The position numbers were made by a program, and so were the translations under genes. Shown here one piece after another: positions 1-14,750 of a stretch of DNA of 64,000 bases (position 1 is its first letter; every line of letters starts with the position of its first letter). The notes beneath the pieces were generated by a model. The model saw only the letters and a program-made list of their open reading frames with translations, was not told where the DNA came from and searched no databases. This DNA is from the human T2T-CHM13v2.0 reference genome, Homo sapiens: NCBI RefSeq assembly GCF_009914755.1, contig NC_060942.1. One strand, written 5' to 3'.

Positions 1-548
1 TTTCTGAAGGTACATTTAAGGATATTTATTTAAAGTGATATTATCATCTCACTGTACGTAGTTCCTTAGAGACTGCTCTAAGCAGGCCTGCTTAATGTTG
101 AATCTATATCTCAGTTGAAAGAGAAAGAAAATTAACTTTATAAGAGACATGTATATATGTGGTTTTTGTACTGTAATTTTCTTTTGATGTTTAACATGAT
201 AAATAAATATTGAGAATTTTGATTTATCACAGCTAGTCAATGCATTTTGTATGGGTCCATAAGGTAAGCTTTTGCAAATACAGTTACTAGAATTATCTGT
301 TTTATTGCCAACTTTAGAGACCTTTTAACAGATATGGTCTTTGATCTTATTGTGCTCATGAGTTTGTAGCTGTCTTTTATAGTTCCCAATCTAAATGTTT
401 ATGGCATCATTACTTATACACATTATATAATGTTGAGTGAAAATCTTTATTACCTTAGGAAAATCTATGAAGAAAGTTTTTATTAGCCAGAACATTATAA
501 TAATGATTTGAAAAAATTTATGTAAACCGTTAGCAGTTAAGGAGACAA

Positions 549-861
549 TTTTTTTTTGTTGTTTTTTTTTTAAGTTTTGAAACAGGGTCTCACTTTCTCA
601 CCCAGGCTGGAGTACAATGGTGCAAACATGGCTCACTATAGCCTGGTCTTCCCAGGCTTAAGCAATCCTCCTGCCTCAGCCCCCTAAAAACTACAGGCAT
701 ATGCCACTGTACCCACCTAATTTTAGTTTTTTTTTTTATTTTTTAGAGATGGGGTTTCGCCATGTTGCCCAGGCTAGTCTCAAACTCTTGAGCTCAAGTG
801 GTCTGCCTGCCTCAGCCTCTCAAAATGCTGAGATTACAGGTGTGAGCCACCATGCCCGGTC
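549..861 (-). mobile_element. Alu (AluJ-type), full dimer
   Basis: polyT, then gaaacagggtctcact...cccaggctggag ... gtgagccaccatgcccgg. Confidence 0.93.
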
Positions 862-1423
862 TGTACCTTGTTTTTTTTTTAAAGTATTAAATGTGAAAAT
901 GTATGAAATGCTTTAGATTTGCCTGTCCATCTACACACACTTCTAGTTTTTTTCTTTCTATTGTAATTTCTATAGTCTTTTTATTTCTAAGAGTAAGAAA
1001 TAACTTATTGAGCTTTGAGTAGATGCTGTTTGAGTAGACTTTATGTTTGAAAATTCTTGTTCAAAAATATTTTTTTGAAAAGAAACCGCATTAACAGAAG
1101 AACATCTTTAACCTCCCCATCAGAAAGAAACATGGGAACTTGGCAGCAGCATAATTAAAACACATAGTTATCTAAAGCTCTTTATGAGTTTGTTTCATCT
1201 TTATATGTTCTTGGTAGCTTTTTGACAAAAACAAGACAAAGGTTATATATTGTTTCACTTTGAAGCAGGATAACCAAACTTAGGCTGAATTCTGGCTATG
1301 TGCTAAATTTCTGATTTATAGACATGGGAAATGTTTTTGTATGAATCTACTATTGTATTCACTTTTAGAACATGCCTTTTATGGAAAAGAAAGGAGAAAT
1401 CAATTTGTACAGCAAAAAGACTA

Positions 1424-1653
1424 GTAATAGCTAACATTTATTGAATACTAACTGTATGCCAGCCACTGTTCTAAGTACTTTTTACTTGTATTGATTTATT
1501 TAATTTTTCCAGTTACCTTGTGGGATACAAGTCCTTTTATCCTATTTTATAAAAGAGGAAACCGAGGTACAGAGAGGTTAAGTAGTTTACCCTAGGTTAT
1601 GTGGGTAATAGCACAGCTGTGATTCAAGTACAGGCAGTTTGACTATATAGTCT
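1424..1653 (-). mobile_element. MIR SINE
   Basis: aatagctaacatttattga ... gaggaaaccgaggtacagagaggttaagta is the antisense MIR core. Confidence 0.85.
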
Positions 1654-2069
1654 ACTGTAATGTCATTTAAAGAAAACAGTTATGTAATTATTTAAATTTT
1701 GATTTTAGTCATTGTAAATGTGGCATTCTTCAGTTGGTTAGGAATTTGATCTCTGTTATTCCTTAGATCTTCACCAAAGTGATGAAATGTGTGTGCTCAT
1801 TTCTCATCCTTCTCTCCTTCCACTCTCTGTGTAGAATTCTCTGTCATAGTTCTGAGCGCTTGGAGGAGAAAAGAATGGCATGTGCAAAGCAGTGTGACAT
1901 GGATTTTAGTTGCTTGGTTAATTGCTTTACATTCCATTGGGGGCTTAAAGCTTGGCAGTGGAGATATACATTTCCATGTATAGAATTCTCTTTATTTTTA
2001 GGAATCTAAAATTTCCTGTAATGAACTGTATTAATTTACTTCTACCCTGAACATTCTCTTTTTCCCTAG

Positions 2070-2199
2070 CATGTTTCGCCAAGGGATGCATGACTTGAAA
2101 GTCTGGCCTAATGTAGAAGCAGATGGATCAGAACCCACAAAAACTCCTGGCAGAACAAGTAGCACTCTCTCAGAAGATCAGATGAGCCGTCTTGCCAAG
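2070..2199 (+). CDS. PIK3C3: PIK3C3 exon ~4 (G134-K177; C2 domain with T159/T163/S165 loop)
   Basis: tttccctag|C ATG TTT CGC ... GCC AAG|gtaaaa; [43 protein letters not shown]; 130 nt. Confidence 0.98.
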
Positions 2200-2315
2200 G
2201 TAAAAAAAGTCATTTGGAACAGGTGCAAAGCTCTGACTGATGTCTATTGTAGTATATATACCTTGACATTATGAACTCTGTCAGATTTTTAAAAAATCTA
2301 AATCTTAACTTTTAA

Positions 2316-2600
2316 ATAATTGTTTTATTGAGATATAATTCACATACCATAAAGTTCACCCTTGGAAAGCATACAGTCTGATGGTTTAGTAAATTTACAG
2401 ACTTGTATAATCATCACCACTATATAATTTTAGAATTTTTTCATCACCCCTAAAAGAAACCGCACCATTAACAGTCACTCCCATTTTCTGCTCCCTGCAG
2501 TTAGTTCCAGGCAAGTACTAATCTACTTACTATCTGTATGGATTTGCCTGTTCTGGAAATTTCATATAAATGGAATCATTCAGTATGTGACCTTATGTCT
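2316..2600 (-). mobile_element. L1MB-type 3' end fragment
   Basis: ttttattgagatataattcacataccataaagttcacc ... atggatttgcctgttctggaaatttcatataaatggaatcat. Confidence 0.85.
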
Positions 2601-5600
2601 GGAAATCTGTCAGGTTTGAAAATGTGGAGCGTTGGTGATATTTTCAAGATGACCACCCACTTTTTCTGGTGACATAGCCTTAAAGTTGTTAGTGTAACAT
2701 GCTAGAGAAGCTTATGCCACTTGGAAGTGAAGATGACTCAGACAATTAACTAGTATAAAGTTTCTTTGTAAGCAAATGAAGTTATTACCTTTTTCTTTCA
2801 AAATTGTTTTAATCAAGTGTTTTCACTTAGAAATATAAAAACTAAATTCTATTCCGTGCATTAATTGCAACGCTGTCATTTATTTTGTGAACTTCCTTTC
2901 ACAAAGCACTGTGTTAGATACTGTTTAAGGATCCCTTTACAGTTATCTGATTAGGACACTTTCTTGTAGTTATAATACATACTTTTTTTTTGCAATCTTA
3001 TTAGTAGGAGTGCCTCTTTAATGTCTGGAGGAAGTTTTGTTGCTAAGCTTTTAACAGCTTGTTGCCTTTACCCACATATAGAAGAAATCTTCAAGAATAA
3101 GTACTTGGGTTGGCTAGGCTTCATGCTTCAACACAGAATTTTTGTCAAGTTCATTTTGTCTTTTGTATTGCTCTTTTAAGGAAAAATGGTGTTGTAGCAA
3201 CCTGATAACTATATTGACCAATATACTATTGTCTGCTTCTCCCATCCATAATTAAATAAAATTTAATATTCATTTCTTCTACTCATTCTGAGATTTTGTT
3301 TGCATTCTGACGTGGGATATAGGAAAGGTCTCAAGCTTTTCATATGTCTACCTTTAAGACTTTATCTTAGTGATGATCTTTCATTTGAGCTACTCTCTGT
3401 CCCTTTTACAAACCTTGAATAGTTAATATAAATTTTATTAGAATCAATTCACTTATAGCCTGTGGGTCACTATAATATGAAAAAGGTTAAATTAAAAAAG
3501 AATAAAGAATAATATTTTTAAAAAAGCTCTTAAATTGTCTTTTAAGAGTAGCCATTATGATTCATATTGTAGGTGAAATTCTAAGTCTGAGGGGGAATGG
3601 CCAGAGTCAAGAAATATAAAGCTTTATAGTTGCACAGTGTAACTACATTGTTTCTCTGTTAAACACATTATTTAGGCTTCTGTTCACCTAAAAAGTTAGG
3701 TTTCTAATTTTTTTCCCTAATTCTTTTTGATGGAAGGTTTAAAAAATAATTTTTGTAACAACTATGACATTTTTCAGGCATCGGTGTATGGAGTATAATC
3801 ATTGGAATTAGTCCCAGTTGGACTGCTGGTTTTTTAATGTAGCACAACGTTAATAGTATATCTTTTTCATTTTAATCTTTTGAATTTTATACTAGAAAAA
3901 AGATGTGACTTAATGATCACCTTTTTTATGATTGAAACAGTAACCCTTCATGCTTGTTCATATTTGTCTTTTAGTTATTTGTGCACATTAACAACTCTAG
4001 AAATGATGACTAAGCATGTGCAGAGCTCAATGAGGTGTAGGAAAGAAGCCTTCTTAATGTTTTTGTTAATTGGTAGCAATCATTATCCCCAGTTTAAATT
4101 CCTTAGAGTAGCCAAGTGGATCCTACTTTTTCAAGAGATAGTTATTAAAATTTATGTGCTGTTTGTATTGTTCAGAATGGTTAGCAGTTTTCAGATAAGT
4201 TTTTATTGGTTTGTAAATCTTTAAAATGGGAATAAAAATTAATGAGAGTGAGCAGCTTACAGTCCTCCTGATAGTAATTGGAGCCTAGCTCTTTTCCACA
4301 TTCTTTCATCCCTAATAGAATTGTACTTTTAACTTCTGAATGGAGTGGAGACATCTGAGCTTGCTGTGCTGTGACAGCTTGCATTAGTATTAACTTATGT
4401 TCCCCAAAGACTAAACAGAAACCATCAAAATGAGTAATTACTTTTTTAAGGGGAAAAATGTGTCCTGTTTGTAGCTTTGTTAAGGAATTGCTCCCTCTTT
4501 GAAGGAAGCTCTTTTTATTTTTTGATGTATTGTGCTAACTCGATATTCCCCTCTTCTTGATATAGCAGTTGCTTGTGGTTTTTGAGGTTTCAGAACTGTT
4601 GTATATCCCAGCTGCTATTGAAGAGAAATGTTTTAAAAATGATGTCTTAAGATTTGACAAAATTGGAAGGTTGGGCACTTGGAAATGCATTATAGTGGGA
4701 AGAGCACTGTACTGCGAGTCAGAGTTTTGGCCATTCTGCTAACTTGGGGAAAATAATTTTTGAGTTTGCAAAATCAGGTGTTTAGAATGGATGATTTTTA
4801 TGGTCTCATGTAGCTCTTTAATTGATTCTAAAAGTACTGATATAGGAAATAATTGGGATTATCTACCTGGGTTTCATAGTTATTATCTTACTAGGGAATA
4901 AAATTGTGATTATTAATTTGCAACTTTGAATGTATTGTTTGCAGGTCATTCCTTTTTTTCTGCAATGTGTATGCCTAGGGTAAAGTGTTACATAGGGCTT
5001 GCCTAATGTGAATAATGGGGCTTTGCTCTTAATTTTGTTGTTTGATTAGTGCTTGCTTCTTAAATTTTTAGAGAGGCTTCCTGAAAAACAACTCTTTCCT
5101 CACCTAAAACATGGTCTTGCCTTATACTTGAGAAAATATATTTTGATACTTGTATGGTCTTAATTTACTCTCTTACTCTTTAGTTAATTAATTAATTAAG
5201 TTAGTTAATTTACTAACTTACCGGAGAGAGTATACTTCGGTACTTACATTCTTAAAATTATATTCTTAACTTAAAATTATTTTGACTGAATTTATTATTA
5301 TTATTCTTAAATTCTTAAAATTATGCTTAGATACTTAACTTGTTCTTACAGTTGTGCCACAATAGTGTCTGCTGTCTTTCACTCTTTTTCTGATGACACA
5401 TTTTAAAAAGTTGTTCAGTTAGATTGTCACTCTCTTTCTCAAAACGTTTTGAAATTGTATTAGGTATAATAAACTTTTAAACATGGGAAAGTATTTGTAT
5501 GCCTCCTGCTTCCATTTTCATACAGAAGGAACAGAGATGGTAGATGTAATGTCTGTATTTCTCACGCTACCATTTTAAGAAAAAAAATTAGTATTCAAAT

Positions 5601-7023
5601 AGATGAGGGTTAAGTAGTTAGAACCAAATGGTTTATTTCTTGTTGCAACTTTTATTTTCCATCCAGTGAATTTACTATGATTGTTTCTAATTTTTGAGAA
5701 GACAGTTGGCTTAAGACTAAAAAGATATACATAAATCTTAATAATAGCAAAGCATTTTTACTATGCATGGTACCCATGAGCCTAAATAAGTAGCATAGTA
5801 GTAACAGTTTTCAAACTGCAGTATGAGAGAGTTTACTCACTTATAGAACTACTTCAGTCTTGATTGTCTAGGGATAATGGACAAGAGGACTGTGAAATGA
5901 AGATTAACTATTTAATGGCCTGTGAAAAGACGGTGTTAGATAATTATTAAGCAAAGAACTTCCACTACAAGCCAGACTTAACCCTCTTCTGATTTATTGC
6001 TCACCTATTACAGTTGAATTCTAATTACAGTATGAATAGCTGAAGTTTGAAAGCCTGCTTTTCAAGTTTGAGAGTTTTTAAAAGTCCAGTTCTTTCAGGA
6101 TGAATTTAGCGGAATTAACCTCTCTCATGATTTTACCTGATTTTGTGAACATGCCTAGTTTTGCTTTAAGGAAAAATGAGTATGAAAAAAGGAAACATAA
6201 TCATTTTCCTTAATTTTTATTTTTTATAACTTGAATTTCTTAGACTTCTAGTAGGGAATGAAAGAAATGAATAATTTAAATACACTATTACCCCCCCACC
6301 CCCTGCCCCATTTTCTTCTTTTTCCCATTTCTAAGTTTCCCTAATTAATTTTTAGTATAGTGTCTTTCCGTTTGAATTGATTTGTGAAAATAATAAAAGA
6401 CCAGACTTCTAGAGCATTTATTAAACTTTCCTTGTCCATGACCCAGGCTTTTGGTGGCTGTGGGCCTTACTTGAGCAAATTTACCCATTGTTCCCATCTG
6501 CTCTGTTTTTCAGCTTGTCATATTATAAGAGTTTTATGACTAGAATGCATATCCACCTGGGGTTTTGGATGTGACTACCAAGCTTTAGTGTTTGATTTAT
6601 ATTTGAATCCATGTCTTTAGACATGAAAGGTTAGTGCAAAAGCATGCTTCTCCACTGTCTCCTTTTCATTTTAGCAGCTCTGCTTGATGCCTTTGGAATG
6701 TGCTTTAGTTTCTGTCAATTTGATTAAGAGGAGGCAAAGAGAAAGTAACAACTAGATGAAAAATGCTTTGTACTCTGTGTGACACAGATAGGTATGGGAA
6801 TGTTGTTGAGTAGAGTATAGAGGTGAACACTGTTGCAGGGAAGATGTGGTAAGATGTGGTGGTGTTTCAGGCTGAACCACAGAGTGCCTGTGTGGCGTCA
6901 CTGTGGGTCCAGGGTCTAGATCTCAGGTTTAAATAGGAGCTGGATTTTTTAAGTTCATTTAGTTATTGTTTCTTGAGAATAGGTTCATGCCAACCACTTC
7001 AAAGAGTCATTTATAATCTGGAG

Positions 7024-7230
7024 CTGCAGTGTCTAATATCAGAGCCACAAGTCGCATGTAGCAATTTAGATTTAGGTTAATTAAGATGAAATAACATTAA
7101 AAATTCAGTTGCTCTGTCACTTTAACTACATTTCAAATGCTTAGACGCCCCTGGTGGCTACAAGATATCTATTGGACAGTGCACATGTCGAACGTTTCTA
7201 TTATTGCCAAAAGTTCTACTGACAGCATTG
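7024..7230 (-). mobile_element. MER3 (hAT-Charlie MITE) with 8-bp TSD
   Basis: MER3-like body; flanks ATCTGGAG (7016-7023) and ATCTAGAG (7231-7238) fit the Charlie NTCTAGAN target. Confidence 0.8.
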
Positions 7231-7382
7231 ATCTAGAGTGCCAATTTACAAATTTGTGGTGGGTGAGTACATCTTTCTGGTAACCATATTACTTGTGCCT
7301 GCTATCTAGGACACCGTATTTCAAGATACTTTGGAAATGTAAGTAGTCTTCATGATATTGTTGATTTCTTAGTGAACCATGA

Positions 7383-7741
<359 letters not shown>

Positions 7742-8264
7742 AAAAGGACTTTCTTTATAGTATCCTTTTAATTTAAATTTACTTGAATATGCTGGTTGTA
7801 CTGCATCTTTTGAATAAACGTTGACAAATTATCACAATCCCAAAATAATCCTTGAAAATCAAGATTAAGATAGCAAGGAATTTTCTGGTCACATAATTAA
7901 TTTTCTAAAGTGGGATTGAAGTAGTTTGACCCACTATAATATTTACCCTTGAAAGAAAGTATTTTGCATTAATCTATTGCATCAAATGGGTACTTGTCCT
8001 AGAGCATTGATTAGAGGAGCTCCCTGAGATTTTAGTTTTATGTACATGTAGAAGTCCTCTTTCATCTTCACCATTGTCAAAGGCACACTTCTAAATGTTG
8101 AAGACCAACAAAAAAAAAATTGTATTACTAAGTTCCTGATGTCATTATTGTTAGTGTTATTATGACTAATAATAGTAACTACATTTATAATCACCTTGTA
8201 TGTGTAAAGTGCTTTAATATCAACAAAACCTCTTAGCATAGATTGCAAACTAAAATAGAGAAGG

Positions 8265-8497
8265 GATTAAGATCATGGCTTTAGAGACCATTTTTTATTC
8301 AAATCCCAGCTGTGATCTTGAACTAGCTATTTAACCTTTACTAAGTCATGAAATCCTCTTCTGTAAAGTAGGAATAGTAGTTATATCTGTTTTTGGAGAT
8401 TATTGTGAAGACTAAGTGTAAATGATAAAATGTTTAAAGGATTTAGCATACTGCTCAGCAAATACTGAGCACTAATAAATGTTAGCTGTTGTTATTA
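8265..8497 (+). mobile_element. MIR SINE
   Basis: ttcaaatcccagc ... ctgtaaagtaggaatagtag ... aataaatgttagctgttgttatt. Confidence 0.7.
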
Positions 8498-9240
8498 CTT
8501 TTTTTACTTGCTTTTATTTGAGTCTGACAAGTGTAGGATTGGGACTTATGCACTACATTGTTTTTAAATTCATGAAAAGATGAAAGCGTAGAGAAGTTAA
8601 GCTGTTTATTTATGGTTACATATTTGGTAACTTGCAGAACCAGCACCTAAAACCACGTCTTTAAATTCTTTATGGAAATCTCTTCCAAAATAAGTATCAG
8701 TGACATATGCTTAAGATCTGAGGATTGAGAGGAATGTGTTTGCATGAAGAATGTATTGTTCTTATTTAGAAGATTAAAATTGAAAATAGGAGAAAAGGTA
8801 GATAGAATATGAAGCAGTGTCTACACTGCAGGTCCTCAAGTATGGCATAAAAGATGATGCCCGTTAAGTCAGTAAACAGTGACCTGCCTATGGTAAGCAC
8901 CCATTACATATCTATGCTATGAAAGAATTGGAGTTATGAATGATATATGGCTTCAGTTGTTACGAATACATACTTCAAAAGCAATTAAAAAAACAGTAGA
9001 TCTTAAGATTTATTTCATCATAGTCAGTGCAACCTCAAAGGACAAAGGCCTAGGAGGAAAGGAAACATTACTGAAAAAGGTGTATGTTGTTCAAAGGAAC
9101 TATTAATAGGATAGGAACCTCAGTGTACAAACATATGAGAGAACCCCTTAGTAAGTATACAAGAGACGTACAACAGATGCTGCAAAATTGCGGAAACGTT
9201 TTAGAGCCATGAGAGGAAGTGGCTATATAGATATATGTGT

Positions 9241-9526
9241 ATTTTTTTTTTTTTGAGACACAGTCTCACTCTGTCGTCCAGACTGGAGTGCAGTGGTGCA
9301 ATCTCGGCTCACTGCAACTCCTGGGTTCAAGCGATTCTCTGCCTCAGCCTGCTGAGTAGCTGGGATTACAGGTGCGTGCCGCCATGCCCGCCTAATTTTT
9401 GTAATTGTAGAGACAGGGTTTCACCATGTTGGCCAGGCAGGTCTCGAACTCCTAACCTCAAGTGATCAACCCGCCTCGGCCTCCCAAAGCATTGGAATTA
9501 GAAGTGTGAGCCACCATGCCTGGGCC
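9241..9526 (-). mobile_element. Alu (AluS-type)
   Basis: polyT + Alu antisense with small internal deletions. Confidence 0.95.
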
Positions 9527-9686
9527 AGAAATGGCTATTTTCTTTGTGTGATCACAAAAAATGATGCAGCTATGATGGTAACGAAGTCTCATTCATTCAG
9601 CTCAGGCTTTTGTCAGATTATTGACTTGATCACAGGATTATTTTTCAGAAGTTTGAGGAAAAAAGGACACTGCTTCTCTAGACCAA

Positions 9687-9994
9687 TTTTTTGTTTGTTT
9701 TTGTTTGTTTGTTTGTTTTGGGGACAGGGTCTCGCCTTTTTTCCCAGGCTGGAGTGCAGTGGCACACTCACAGCTCACTGCAGCCTCAGTCTCCCGGACT
9801 CAAGTGATCCTCCCACATCCTCTGGAGGAGCAGGAACTACAGTTGTGCACCACCATGTTTGAATAGTTTCTTTTATATAGAGATGGTGCCTCACTTGGTT
9901 GCCCATGCTGGTCTCAAACTCCTAGGCTCAAGCAGTCCTCCTGCCTCAGCCTCCCAAACTGCTGGGATTACAGGCATAAGCCACCATGCTGGAC
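9687..9994 (-). mobile_element. Alu (AluJ-type) with (TTTG)n tail
   Basis: Alu antisense; TSD ctctagaccaattt / ctctaggctaattt. Confidence 0.93.
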
Positions 9995-10665
9995 CTCTAG
10001 GCTAATTTACACCACTATAAAAGAAGTGATTAATGAAAAGGGAGTAACAGGAATTTTGGAAAAAACTAAAGATGTCACATTATACTTTGGGATTGCAATT
10101 ATAATCAAGGAGTGCGATAATGGACCAAGTTAGGGATATGTCAGTTCTCACAAAGTTTGAGAAAGGCAAGATGTTCCATTCAATTGAGAACCTATAAGGG
10201 AAGATAACCCAAAAGGACCAAGGGGTTCTTTGGTTCTTTTGGTCCCATTCTCAAGGGGACAATTTGGCATGGACTAAAGAAGGTCTTGGATTAAAATTTG
10301 AAAGGAAAAATCCCTAAATATAACAATATTTTAAAATTTTCTTTCTTTTGAATGCATTAAACGCACATTGAAGAAGTAAGCCTGTGTTAGACACTGAATT
10401 GATTTAGTTGAGTTATAATCTTCATCCAAGTGCCCTTCAGCCTAGGAGAGTTAGCCAAATAATTTAGTTAAGTAGTAATTGAAAACCAAGATTGTTGAGA
10501 AGGGTAGCAAAAAGGCACTCATTGATCTATTCAGTTTTCCTAGTCCTGGAAAGTTAACTGTCAGGGTTTTAACATTTACATGATGAATGAATATTGAAAC
10601 TTACCCCCCAGAAAGAAAAAATTGGGATTCTTTTGATCTTACCTTTTTTCCCTTTTAATTTTACA

Positions 10666-11090
10666 TGTAGAAGAGTTACTAGCTAGGCATGTTGGTGTGC
10701 ACCTGTAGTTTCAGCCACTCAGCTACATGGAAGGCTGAGGCAGGAGGATTGCTTGAGTCCAGGAGTTTGACACCAGGCTGAGTAACATAAGAGACCCCGT
10801 CTCTTAAAAAAAAAAAAAAAAAAAAAAAAAGAGTTCACATAGCAGGCCTAAGGCTGCTGTGCTTAGAAGGGCCTGCTTGCAAGGTTGGCCCTTGGCTGAT
10901 GTCTGAGAACTGAGCTTCTGAAACAATTCCTAACTGATACAGATGTTTCACTGTGTCTAGACTGTTTCCACATGTGATTTATGATGAGCACTTGCTCTCT
11001 TTCTGGAAGTCTAAAATTTTGGTAGTTGTAAGGCAGAGATTGCCTTTGTGACCAGCTCCCAGTAAAATCCCTAAACTCTCATTCGGAAAT
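10666..11090 (+). mobile_element. ERVL LTR fragment (MER68-like), interrupted near its 5' end by a FLAM
   Basis: tgtagaagagtt ... catagcaggcctaaggctgctgtgcttagaagggcctgcttgcaaggttggcccttggctg resembles the MER68 5' end as I recall it. Confidence 0.6.
10681..10830 (+). mobile_element. FLAM_A-type Alu monomer with A25 tail
   Basis: ggtgtgcacctgtagtttcagc...aggaggattgcttgagtccaggagttt...gagaccccgtctct + A25; TSD aagagtt. Confidence 0.85.
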
Positions 11091-11616
11091 GGGCTTTTTA
11101 GAGCTGCATTTTTCCCGCTAGAGATGTGAATATACTTGCATGTTATCTCTGAAAGACTAAGATCAGTCAATGTTTTGGATTTTAGAGATATGATTTAAGA
11201 AGTGATTTTTATTATATAGTGGACATCAGTTCTTATTACAAATCCTATAATGGGTTATCAAATTGGTGATTTATATGAATTTCTAAACCTGTACCCACGT
11301 AATGATATTTTGTAGTTAGATTTTGGAGAAATGAGAAACATTAAAGTATCCAAGGAGGAGGTGTTTTGAAAAATGAAGGCATTATGTTTTATTTTACGCT
11401 TTTAAGATTAGTAGAACTATAAAAACTGATGAAAGATTTAAATAATAATGAGATACATTATAACTGGGGTTGAAGACTGACAGTCAAGATTCCTGAATTA
11501 CAGCTCTCACTGATGGCAGCTTATTGAATAGCTAGCTGTTTCTGTATTCCTGGGTATTTTTCATTGTTAAAATGTGGTCAGATCTCCATTATCTCTGCTA
11601 ATTATAGGAATCATGC

Positions 11617-11617
<1 letters not shown>

Positions 11618-11656
<39 letters not shown>
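11618..11656 (+). repeat. (ATT)13 perfect microsatellite
   Basis: Counted directly. Confidence 0.97.
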
Positions 11657-11657
<1 letters not shown>

Positions 11658-12319
11658 GCTATTCTGAAAAGGAAAATTAACCTCAGACTATTTTGTTTAT
11701 AAATTACAGCAAGCTGATTAAGTGTACTTCTCCTGGATTCTGAATACACTTCCTTCCGCCTTGAATAAATTATGTGAAATAATGTTGATGAATAAACTGA
11801 CATTCTGGATCAAATTACTTTAACAGAATAAATTGTTTAGAAGGACCTATTAGTGATCTTTTCCCCTTATTATTGTTACATAATTTATTGTTTTCAGAAT
11901 TTAACACTTAAGGTCCTAAAATTGCTTTCAATTGATTATATATGTTAGCACTTTTCTTGGGAAGTTTGTATTCTTTGTAAGAAATATCTATACTTGGTTA
12001 AGTCTTCACTTGGTTAGGTATATCACATAAAGAAAGTGTCCTTTCTCCATAGCTGAATCACTTAATGATTTAGGTTATAGCTCAAGTAGCTTGATAATCT
12101 TCGGTTTTCTATTTTCTAATCAACTGCCCTTAGTTATGATGTCTACAGTACATGCAGTGCAATATTAGACTAAGTATAGTAATTTAGGAGGGTGAATCTA
12201 TCATCCCTAATGATGTAACCATTACCCCATTTAGGTAAATGAATATACAAAATATAGACAGTGTTCTGTTAATATGTATGTATATTACATTTACTTTTTA
12301 CCCACAATATAAAACAATT

Positions 12320-12430
12320 CACTTTGGGAGGCTGATGGAGGAGGATCACTTGTGCTCAGGAGTTCGAAGCCAGCCTGGGCAACATGATGAAACTTTGTCT
12401 CTGTAAATAAAAAAAAAACAAAAAACAACA
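12320..12430 (+). mobile_element. 5'-truncated Alu left monomer (FLAM_C/AluJ)
   Basis: cactttgggaggctg...gcctgggcaacatg + A-rich tail; TSD aacaatt. Confidence 0.85.
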
Positions 12431-13386
12431 ATTGGGACTTGACCATTTGTAATAATGACTATAGTAAAAATAATCTCATTTTCTCAAAAACAGTAAGAAC
12501 ACCCTTATTTATTTAATCACTAGGAACAAAAGAAAACTTCCATCTTTTAAATGTATGTGTTTTAGAGGAAGAAAAACGGTGTCCTAAAGAGTTGAAGAAT
12601 GCATTTGTTACTTTACAAATCAAAATATAGGATCCTAGATATAACATTTGGGTTGAGCAGAAGAGTCTTATATTTTTTTCTTCCTCGAATGTTTTGTAAA
12701 TGACAATAATAAACAACAGAATTATGATAAATGCTGAAATTATTCAAGGCTATCAAATTTATTCATTGATGTCATTGATATCACCAAATATACCTCCTAG
12801 ATATAGGTTTTTGTATAAATATCTGGTATAGCTTTTATAAACATATCTTATTGCTTTGATTCTGTGTCGCCATTGAATTGTGTTATAACAAGCGTTTGGG
12901 AATATCTCGTAAATTTATTTTTAATGCTACCTTCTGTTTTATTAATCACTTTGGTTTGCTTACTGCTAAGACTGTCAGAAGTTTTGGATTTGTCTGGAAA
13001 CCAATGATAGCAAGTAGACTAAATTAGTTTTTGCCAGTGCCCTAAAACAGTATTGATTTATGTTCTGTAAATCTATTTTCTGTCTTTACAGTTATAGTTT
13101 CTGCCAGAAAAATAGTAAGACACTTTTAAGACTAGATTTATCTTCAAGAAGTTTAACTAAATGAAACTTTTATGAAGCAAATACTACTCTTCCTGAATAA
13201 TAAGATTTACATGTACAGTTTGAAAGTAAAATTGGAGATTTGTGACCAAGACTTCATTAATCAGGAAGATAGAAGAAACTTCTATGCTTGCCAAGAATTA
13301 AATACATAGGCATATGCAAAGTCTCTAAAACATGCACACGTACATGATTCTTTTTCTAATCTCAGTAGTTCAAATAAATTATTTTA

Positions 13387-13747
<361 letters not shown>

Positions 13748-14349
13748 GGTACTGCATAGTTTATATTTGATTTGAGACGCTTATTGTCTTTTTTTGAAGA
13801 ATTACACTTTTTTAGTAATATAATTCTAGTGCACCATGCAACTATATTAGCAGACAAAGATATTGTCTTCAAGTATTTATTAATTTAGCTCAGTTCTATT
13901 TTAGACTCAGAGAGGCATTAGAGTCAAAAGAGTTAAGCTATGGCCTTTAACCTGAGGGAGTTTAGAGGAATGAGATGGGAGGTAATTGACAAAATGCAAC
14001 CCTGTACAATCATATAAAGGGTTACTGGAAAAACAGTCTTTTGTATATAGTAGTACCAGACATTATTAAACACCTATTGAAAAATGGTAACATCTTCTAA
14101 TTTATATGGTTTTGTAGTTGGATCTAGTTGAAGGGCCCTTGGAAGAAAGTGAGAGAGCAATCAAGTTTATACTTGGATTTTATTTCAGGTGGTTAAGTTA
14201 AATTAATGAGATAGGGCTTTATTCTTTGAGCTTTTATTATGAAGTGAAATTGCTTTATTTAGCATTATCTTTATAAAGGCTAATCTTTAGTGGTTTTCCC
14301 AACGGAGCTTTCTCCACAATTAATTGTTTCTTAAATTACTTTAGCTTTT

Positions 14350-14750
14350 AAATGACTTTTATTTTTTCTTACTACAAAGATAATATACATCTTCTACAGT
14401 GGTAGAATATTGTTAAAGCACAAAGAGGACTATGAAAGTCACCCCAGTCTACCTACCACTCAAAGATAATCACTAGCACTTTGGTTTATATGCTTTCAGT
14501 AAATTAATAAATGTATGTGTGTTATAGATGAATATGTGAACATTTATTTTAAAATTAGAATCATACCGTATCTGTGTGCTTAATTGAATCTTGCTTTTAC
14601 ATTTAATGGTGTCTCAGAATTGTTCCAGGTTATTTAAGATACTTCTACCACATAATTTGTAAAGGCTGGAGGGTTTTGCATAGTGTAGATAAGTCATAAT
14701 TGATTTCAGCAGTCTTCTATGGTTGGATATTAAAAATGTTTGAAATTCTT
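14350..14750 (-). mobile_element. Old L1ME-type 3' fragment
   Basis: Degenerate match to antisense L1ME 3' UTR (aaagtcacccca...gataatcact...agaatcatac...tagtgtagataagtcataat). Confidence 0.55.

Noticed and set aside
5181-5325. AT-rich palindromes (ttaattaattaattaa) and short cttaaaattat repeats
   Set aside because: Low-complexity AT sequence with no specific motif support.
10209-10242. About 15-bp hairpin ccaaaaggaccaagggg/ttctttggttcttttgg
   Set aside because: Short, relies on G-U pairs and low-complexity purine/pyrimidine runs; expected by chance in 64 kb.
11567-11803. Poly-Asn ORF
   Set aside because: Translation of the (ATT)13 microsatellite on the minus strand.
14170-14197. ttttatttcAG|GTGGTT as a recursive splice site in the 17-kb intron
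   Set aside because: The regenerated donor AAG|GTGGTT would be weak; such AG-GT matches are frequent.
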